This document shows positions 57,794-64,000 of a stretch of DNA of 64,000 nucleotides, in pieces. The translations under genes were made by a program, and so were the position numbers. Each line of letters opens with the position of its first letter. The first letter of the stretch is position 1. Source of the DNA: a virus; the IMG/VR virus record IMGVR_UViG_3300042090_002597, positions 1 to 64,000 of that record. The stretch is one strand, 5' to 3'. The notes below the pieces were generated by a model, which was not told the origin of the DNA, did no database searches, and worked only from the letters and a program-made list of their open reading frames with translations.

Positions 57794-58128
57794 GGGGCGG
57801 GTGCCACTGTCGGAGCAGGTGCCGGAATTGGAGCAACCGGGGTTGGTACTGTCGGCGCGGCCACGACAATCGGAGCGGCGGAAGGCAGAGCAGCCGATTT
57901 GTCAGCAGATCCCTTGCTGCTGCCAAGCCAGTAACCGAGCGCGATCATCACGCCTTGTTTCGGCAGTTCCGAAAGAGAACTGTACAGACTGTCCAGTTTG
58001 AGCAGGTAGGCGATTGCCACCCATGCGAAATAAGCGGCGAAAATCAAGAGCGTGACCGTCATCGCGCCCCATGTGGTGGCGGCCGGTGGCGTCGGCGCTG
58101 CTGTCGGTGTCGGAGTGGAACCGCTCAT
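57790..58128 (-). CDS. Holin-like membrane protein
   Basis: Two hydrophobic segments and GYWLGSS.GS.DK. Confidence 0.6.
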   Translation of the reverse strand: MSGSTPTPTAAPTPPAATTWGAMTVTLLIFAAYFAWVAIAYLLKLDSLYSSLSELPKQGVMIALGYWLGSSKGSADKSAALPSAAPIVVAAPTVPTPVAPIPAPAPTVAPAP

Positions 58129-58151
58129 GTGCCTACCTCAAAGTGCGGGGA

Positions 58152-58412
58152 TCAGGGGGCTTTTGCTGTGGCAGGTGTTTCGGCGGTTTTTGCAGGCGGC
58201 ACAGCGGCCGCTGCTTGTAGCGAAGCGACCTGGCTCTGCAGAACAAAAACCTGGGCCCGCAACTGGAGAATGGTCTGAAGCTGATTCATCACCTCTTGCC
58301 CGAGCGCCTGCTTATCCGCATCCGCTGGCGCAGTCTGGGCGGGGGCGGTTTGTGCGAGAACGGCAGGCGCGGACAGCAAAGCGATTGCCGCCACGAGAGG
58401 GAAAAGACGCAT
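58152..58412 (-). CDS. Small secreted coiled-coil protein
   Basis: Signal peptide ending in VLA-Q. Confidence 0.55.
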   Translation of the reverse strand: MRLFPLVAAIALLSAPAVLAQTAPAQTAPADADKQALGQEVMNQLQTILQLRAQVFVLQSQVASLQAAAAVPPAKTAETPATAKAP

Positions 58413-58475
58413 ATTACATACCTCAATTTGAACGGGTGCCGGTAATATTACTCTCTCCTGAATGATTTCGTCAAG

Positions 58476-60044
58476 TCACATGCATTCATAGGCCCACGAA
58501 GTGGAGGCGAGCACCGAGCCCGCCAGGGTGAAGCCGCTGGCGGATTTTGTGGACAGATAAGGCAGTGTGGTTCCGATCGCCGCGGCGGTGCTGTTCGCAG
58601 GGAAAAAGACACAGGCTTTCGGCGCGGAATTCCAGGAAGCCGCGAAGGACACCGCGCACGAAGTGGTACTGGCCGAACTGATATTGATGACACCCGCCAT
58701 GTCGTTGGACCCGGCGGCTATCGACCCGTTCGTGCCGGTGCCACAGGCTCCGCTGGCGATCGTGGGCGCAGCAGTCGAGCCAAGCGTGATATGGCCAGTG
58801 GTATCCGCCGAAAGAGAGACCGCGCCTGCGGGTGCCAACTCCCAACCTGCGCCTCCGGACACATATCCCATCCAGGACGAACCGAGCGCAACACCGTTAG
58901 GCAGATAATTGGGGTCCGTATTGGTGGAGGCGCCATAGATGCGCTGCCCGGCTGCCATGGCGATAGCGCCGTTATTGGACCCGAAATTGGCAGTGGAGAA
59001 ATCAAGGCCGACTTTGGAATTGCCGAACCCGCTGAAAAATGCGTCTATCGGTGCGGTCGAGCCCGACGCCTGGATACGAACACCCGCCCAGAACTGACCA
59101 AGCGCAGCGGCACCATTTGTGCGCGTAAAATTGAACACGGCGCCAACGGCTGCGGTGTCGTATCCATTGTCCGCGAAATTATATTCCAATGCCTGAAGAT
59201 ATGTTCCCGTTTGATATGAATTTACATCGCCATTATTGGCGATGCAGGCAGGACCAGCCAGAAAATTTGTGGCGTTGACGTTGGTGGAGTTACAGAACAA
59301 TTCTGCGTTATAGCCCACTACGTCGCCTTGTCCTTTGTTGCGGGCGTAGGTTTTGAAAACGGCCACGCCGGTGCGTCCGCTATTAGTCGAATTGGACGCA
59401 TTGTAGCCGGAGGTATTGGTGAAAAGAGTTACGAAAGGCGATGCTTCTGGCGTCCACAAATAGCCCGACGACGGCTGGCCCAACGAAGCGGCGCCACTGA
59501 TCGTGGTCTCGGTGCCGGTGACGATGCGAGATATGTCGTCGTTCCAGATCGCCCCGTAGGGACCGCCACTGCCGACACTGGTTGTTGGTGCTGTAATGGT
59601 CAACACCGCGCGCGGCGCGTATTTGACTCCGGTGCCGTCAATAAGTTGGCCCGGTCCGGTGACTTTGTAAGCGGACGGAAAAGTAACAACCAGACAGGTT
59701 CCGGTGGCGACAGGTCCGCCTCCGGCAGTTTCGAACGAACCGAAAGGCACGCTGTCGTCGGTGCTGCCATTGCATGCGGCACCATAGTCTTTCAGGTTGA
59801 GCACATCGGTGAAATGAGAATTGACCGAACGCGGTGTCGGCAATCCGGAGCCAGTGACCAGTGTGCCGGTCATGGAGCCGCCGGACAGAACACCGCCAAC
59901 AGTATCGACTTTTGCCGCGAAAAAGGAATTCCACTGCGCGGCGCTCAGCACCTGGCCTGTCTGCACACCGGGACTCGACTGCGCCAGTACCGCACCGGCA
60001 GCAAAAAGCGTGTACGCAAAAGCGATCAGCAAGCGCGCTTTCAT
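58476..60044 (-). CDS. Tailspike-like protein carrying a signal peptide
   Basis: MKARLLIAF...VLA|Q signal; NLKDYGA.CNGSTDDS tailspike/pectate-lyase-3 start motif. Confidence 0.6.
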   Translation of the reverse strand: MKARLLIAFAYTLFAAGAVLAQSSPGVQTGQVLSAAQWNSFFAAKVDTVGGVLSGGSMTGTLVTGSGLPTPRSVNSHFTDVLNLKDYGAACNGSTDDSVPFGSFETAGGGPVATGTCLVVTFPSAYKVTGPGQLIDGTGVKYAPRAVLTITAPTTSVGSGGPYGAIWNDDISRIVTGTETTISGAASLGQPSSGYLWTPEASPFVTLFTNTSGYNASNSTNSGRTGVAVFKTYARNKGQGDVVGYNAELFCNSTNVNATNFLAGPACIANNGDVNSYQTGTYLQALEYNFADNGYDTAAVGAVFNFTRTNGAAALGQFWAGVRIQASGSTAPIDAFFSGFGNSKVGLDFSTANFGSNNGAIAMAAGQRIYGASTNTDPNYLPNGVALGSSWMGYVSGGAGWELAPAGAVSLSADTTGHITLGSTAAPTIASGACGTGTNGSIAAGSNDMAGVINISSASTTSCAVSFAASWNSAPKACVFFPANSTAAAIGTTLPYLSTKSASGFTLAGSVLASTSWAYECM

Positions 60045-60088
60045 GGGGCGACTCCGGTCAGAACGGCGGCATTCTATCGGCCCTGGGC

Positions 60089-62755
60089 CTAGTTCACGAT
60101 GCGGAGGTCCGGGCGGACACGCTCAATACGCCATTTCGTAACATGCGTATCGCCTCCGCCGCTCTTGGTGCCGCCATCCTTGACGAACCGAAGGCCGCCG
60201 GTGATCCGCCCGGAGTGTCGTCCAAGCCAGTTGCTGAGCCGCTGGGGGTCGACAATTCCGCGGTAGCCGGCGGCCCGGAGCATGATGTCGAGCAATTCAC
60301 CGCGCTCGACCACGCTCTCTGCTGGCCCCCCGACAACCTGGAGGCTATGTGCCGGCACGCCGAAACCTGCCTGCATAGCGGTGTCGGCGGCTTCCTTGGC
60401 GGTGTACGCCTTGTCGGAACCAAGACGACTGTTCCACGCCACCAGCATGTCCCGCAGGTTTTTCAGGTCTGGATCGTCCGCCCGGGCCCGGTCCATGGCC
60501 AGCACCGGATCCGGCCAGCCGAGCCAGATCAGGGCACCCCGGACATGGCGGGACCACGCCTCGTACGAGCCGAGCGGCCGCAAATTCTTGGACCCCGGAA
60601 AACCGGCTGCCGCGTGCGCCCGGAGAATGTCCAGTACTGCTGCCACATACGACCCCCGGTCGTTCTCTACCATTTTGAGCGGATCGAAGCGGAATGTACG
60701 GGTTTCCGGCTGTTCCACCCCGGCGTCCAGCCGGATCGGCAGGTTCCTTCGTACCATGTCTCCAGATACCTGCAGCCCGTTGCCGTTTGCGGTGAAAGTG
60801 GCGCAGCTCTCTACCTCGATGATGCTGCTGGCTCCGAGCAACCGGATCCGGATGCGCTCGCGCTCGACTGCCTGGTTCAGCACATCCGATCGCAGGACGC
60901 CGTTCACATTGTCCAGAGAGATCATCGGATAGCCAGCGGCGATCAGGCCATGCAACCGCTTGTCCAGTTCCTGGGGATTGTCGCTCGCGCTTGCCACAGG
61001 ACACCTTTGCCCGGTTGCTATAAGTGAAGCCAGATCAATGAGATGGCTTTTGCCTGTCCCGGCGTCGGTGGCGGATACGGAGAACATGGGTGCCAGCGAA
61101 ACGGCGCTGCGACAGACTGCGGTGAAGATCAGCGCGAGAGCGACGGAGCGGTCAACCTCGTCGACAAAGGGAAATCCCTCCAGCAGAGCGTTCACATGTC
61201 CTAGCCCCGTCGCGGCGTCCGACATAACGGCGTGCCGTGTGCCCCAGTTTTCGGGCATGCGGAGGTACGGATCGATTACCCGATGCACGCGCAAATCGGG
61301 GTCGTAGCCGACTCCGGTCGACAACCTCCCGTCTGGAAGCAAACCGGGTACGGCGACAACTCCGGCGATCTCGGGAAACGGGCGCGCGGTCGCTCTTTCG
61401 AGCAGGACCATCACCACATCGTTCGGAGGGTCGATAGTGACCAGTTTCTGCGCGCGGCCGTCGTAGCGCACCCAGGTGGCGACCTTGGACAGCACGTCAC
61501 GCAGCCCGGCCAGGGTGAAGGTGTGCAGGCCCACAGTGGTGGTGGTCAGGCCTTGGCTGCGCACCGTACGGGAGACCGGTGTGACCAACTGGCCGCCCCG
61601 TACATAGATCGCTTGCTGGGTGGCCAGGAGCGCCTGTTCCGCCTCGTCCGCGGCGCCGGAGAGGTTGCCGGGGTGCACCTGGATGGTGGGCCGCTGGACG
61701 GCTTGGACGATCTGCTGGGCTGGATTTGTTCTGTCCGGTATGACGATCGGCGTAAAACCAGATTCTCGAATTTTCCACTGTTGCCACGCTGTTCCGCCTT
61801 TCCAGGTCCGGCCGGCTGCGGCTTCGTGGCGCTGGGCTTCCCGGTGCAGCGAGGCGTAGCCGGAGTTCCGGGTTGGGGGCGAGACCCGCATCCGGTCCCA
61901 TTCTTCTTCGCAGGTGACCGATTCGCCGTACGCCGGGCTGCGGCGAGACCATTCGTCCCAGGCGGCGAAACCCTCGTCGGAGCCATCGGTGGCGGCAAAA
62001 ATTGCCATGCCGATGGTTTCTTTCCAGTAGGTCCAGTTACTGTCCGGGTTCGGTATCAGGGAGAGGGCTTCCCGGATGACGTCCACCGGCGCCTGTACGG
62101 GCGGTGTGTCCGGGTTCAGCGGCGCGGCCGGTTTCAGGCTGGCGGAAGCACGGGCGGCCAAGCGGTTGGCGGCTTCTCCGATCGGGGATAACTGGTCCGG
62201 TGTGCCCGAGAGGCGGTCGAAGGTAATGGTGACGTAGTTTGAGCCGAGGTAGATTTCGCCTTTGGCTGGCGCGCCGTTGGCGGTGAAGGAGTACGGGGTC
62301 TTTGTTGATTTTCCGGCCCATCCATCTGCCAGTCCGATGATCCGAATGCCGGTGAGGGACGGCGATATCTCGGTGTACGAGTTGCAGTCCGCGATCACCT
62401 CTTGCGCCCACGGTGCTATCGCTCCGGTGTCTTTGTCCCGGCAGTCGTCCAGATCCAGGAAGAGAAATCCGTCGTCTGGCCGAGGTGCAAATCCGGCACC
62501 GCGTAGAGGGTTCTGTGTTTGCGCCGAGGCAAAAAGTGCAGCGGCCGCTGTTGCATAGTCGCAGAGATCGTTGTCGTCATCTGTGTGCGCCGCGCGCCCG
62601 TCGGCGGTGAGCGGCGGCTTGTCCCAGGACGATTTCTTGTTGGGGTCCCGGAGGTTTCCCTTGCGGTCGTATTTCTGCACGTAGCGCCAGACCACCCAGC
62701 GCTTCATTTCGGCCAGAGGCAGAAGGGCTTGCGGAAATTGGCGGGGCTCGGTCAC
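60089..62755 (-). CDS. Prim-pol primase with PriCT-2 and helicase-like domains
   Basis: RWVVW, DLDDC, YTEISPS..G, W..IGMA...WDEWS, Walker A GTGKS and LDNV motifs. Confidence 0.85.
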   Translation of the reverse strand: MTEPRQFPQALLPLAEMKRWVVWRYVQKYDRKGNLRDPNKKSSWDKPPLTADGRAAHTDDDNDLCDYATAAAALFASAQTQNPLRGAGFAPRPDDGFLFLDLDDCRDKDTGAIAPWAQEVIADCNSYTEISPSLTGIRIIGLADGWAGKSTKTPYSFTANGAPAKGEIYLGSNYVTITFDRLSGTPDQLSPIGEAANRLAARASASLKPAAPLNPDTPPVQAPVDVIREALSLIPNPDSNWTYWKETIGMAIFAATDGSDEGFAAWDEWSRRSPAYGESVTCEEEWDRMRVSPPTRNSGYASLHREAQRHEAAAGRTWKGGTAWQQWKIRESGFTPIVIPDRTNPAQQIVQAVQRPTIQVHPGNLSGAADEAEQALLATQQAIYVRGGQLVTPVSRTVRSQGLTTTTVGLHTFTLAGLRDVLSKVATWVRYDGRAQKLVTIDPPNDVVMVLLERATARPFPEIAGVVAVPGLLPDGRLSTGVGYDPDLRVHRVIDPYLRMPENWGTRHAVMSDAATGLGHVNALLEGFPFVDEVDRSVALALIFTAVCRSAVSLAPMFSVSATDAGTGKSHLIDLASLIATGQRCPVASASDNPQELDKRLHGLIAAGYPMISLDNVNGVLRSDVLNQAVERERIRIRLLGASSIIEVESCATFTANGNGLQVSGDMVRRNLPIRLDAGVEQPETRTFRFDPLKMVENDRGSYVAAVLDILRAHAAAGFPGSKNLRPLGSYEAWSRHVRGALIWLGWPDPVLAMDRARADDPDLKNLRDMLVAWNSRLGSDKAYTAKEAADTAMQAGFGVPAHSLQVVGGPAESVVERGELLDIMLRAAGYRGIVDPQRLSNWLGRHSGRITGGLRFVKDGGTKSGGGDTHVTKWRIERVRPDLRIVN

Positions 62756-64000
62756 GACTTGACCCGCTTGGCGCGATCTTCCTGGATTCGTTTCAGACCC
62801 ATTTTGGCGTAATCAGGATTGAGTTCAATACCGATCGAGTTGCGGCCCAGGCGGTCGGCGACCATCAATGTGGTGCAGGCACCGGCAAACGGATCAAGGA
62901 CGGTGCACGGCACTGGATCGGGTGGAGGAAAGCAGGTGCAGGTGAATTTCCAGCCTGTGGTTTTGTCGGCTTTTGGTGTCCAAACTGTCTCGTCACCGCG
63001 TTCGCCGAAATGCGTTCGTTCAAGACGTTTGAAACCGTTCCCCGCGCTTCTGCCAGCGGCGGGGACTTTCTCGGATATGCGCTCAATCTGCGACCCGCAT
63101 TGCGGGCAACAACCTTTTTCACTGGTGGCGGCGAGGATCAGCGGTTCGACGTTCAAGCATGAGCAGCACGGCTCCCACCGCAGAGTTTCTATCCCGATGG
63201 GTTCTTTGTAGCTCGCGCCCTGACTGCCTCGCGAATGCCGAGCGTCTTGTTTATCGCCAAACCAATTTTCGTGAACTTTGTATTTCGTTTCTGCAATTCG
63301 CCGCCACGGTGTCCCGCAATTCGCGCAGCAGCCTTTCTCGCTTGTCGCCGCCGTAATAAGCGGCTCAACTAGTTTCACTGGAAATGTTGCGAAGTGGGCA
63401 CCCTTGAACGGGTATGGGTTCACGTCCAGTGCCAGCGGTTGGCCGTCCAGGTCAGTGATGAGGTTGTGCGGTTTTTCGAGTGAGGTGAAGAACAGGTCGG
63501 TGTTGCGGAAGTTTCGCGTTGCGCAAGAAGTCATTCCAGATGCTTGCCTGTGGGGCGCATAGCCTGCAGATTTTGGACCGCGCCCGTCTGTAAATCTGTT
63601 TTGCGGCTTCATCGTACCGGGCTGTTGCACCGCAACATGATCGTAGAAATAGTCGGTGCTTTTGGTGAACATGTAGACGTATTCGATGGCGCTGGTCGGG
63701 CGGTCCTTCACGCTCTCTGGCATGCATGAGCGTTTGATCCACGGAATCTGGGATCGAAGAATCCAGCCGTCCGCCTGCATAGCCAGGGCGAGCCGGGCGG
63801 GAACCATCATCGGGTCTTTTTCTTGCAGACCGTCAGGTATGCAGCAATTGGCGGCTTTTCCGCCACCACGTTCAATTATGTAGTTTTGTTTTCCAGAATC
63901 GCCGGGTTTGTGTTGGCCTTTTCCTGGCGGCCGCGAGTACCCGTCTCCGATGTTCAGCCAGAAGATGCCATCGTCCCGCAGCACTCGCCGCAGTTCACGA
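62752..64000 (-). CDS. DNA N4/N6 methyltransferase (5' end outside the window)
   Basis: WLNIGD.Y, HFATFP..L, VLDPF.G..TT and GIELNPDY motifs. Confidence 0.85.
   Translation of the reverse strand, partial: RELRRVLRDDGIFWLNIGDGYSRPPGKGQHKPGDSGKQNYIIERGGGKAANCCIPDGLQEKDPMMVPARLALAMQADGWILRSQIPWIKRSCMPESVKDRPTSAIEYVYMFTKSTDYFYDHVAVQQPGTMKPQNRFTDGRGPKSAGYAPHRQASGMTSCATRNFRNTDLFFTSLEKPHNLITDLDGQPLALDVNPYPFKGAHFATFPVKLVEPLITAATSEKGCCANCGTPWRRIAETKYKVHENWFGDKQDARHSRGSQGASYKEPIGIETLRWEPCCSCLNVEPLILAATSEKGCCPQCGSQIERISEKVPAAGRSAGNGFKRLERTHFGERGDETVWTPKADKTTGWKFTCTCFPPPDPVPCTVLDPFAGACTTLMVADRLGRNSIGIELNPDYAKMGLKRIQEDRAKRVKS

Noticed and set aside
1-64000. tRNA, rRNA or integrase genes
   Set aside because: None were recognised by eye. 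tRNAscan-SE and HMM searches would be needed to exclude them.

Overview
This window is part of a large myovirus-type phage genome or prophage, probably infecting an alphaproteobacterium (GcrA homolog, high GC). From about 1 to 37.5 kb the minus strand carries the virion module: two tandem tail-sheath paralogs, neck genes, major capsid, scaffold with a pyrophosphatase-like domain, prohead protease, portal, and an intein-containing terminase, interspersed with glycosyltransferases and HNH homing endonucleases. From about 38.7 to 44 kb lies a plus-strand array of small early-type genes with repeated promoters and hairpins. From 44 to 64 kb are regulators, methyltransferases, lysis genes and a primase-helicase. 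Two RNA-guided loci stand out. (1) At 9.55-11.55 kb a stand-alone Cas7/RAMP-like gene and an XRE regulator are surrounded by six non-coding tracts made of 5-nt NGY-NN units, five ending in an (A/G)AGGTTTT motif. Reading only the NN dinucleotides, three tracts spell a gapped match (2 bases read, 1 skipped, in register with codon wobble positions) to the neighbouring neck genes, with a few mismatches to self. This suggests a non-contiguous guide code aimed at homologous genes of competing phages. (2) At 48.3-49.7 kb a nuclease-less Nop-domain (TasA-like) gene is followed by a 16-unit, 36-nt dual-repeat TIGR-type array. All calls come from reading the sequence by eye; no database searches were run.
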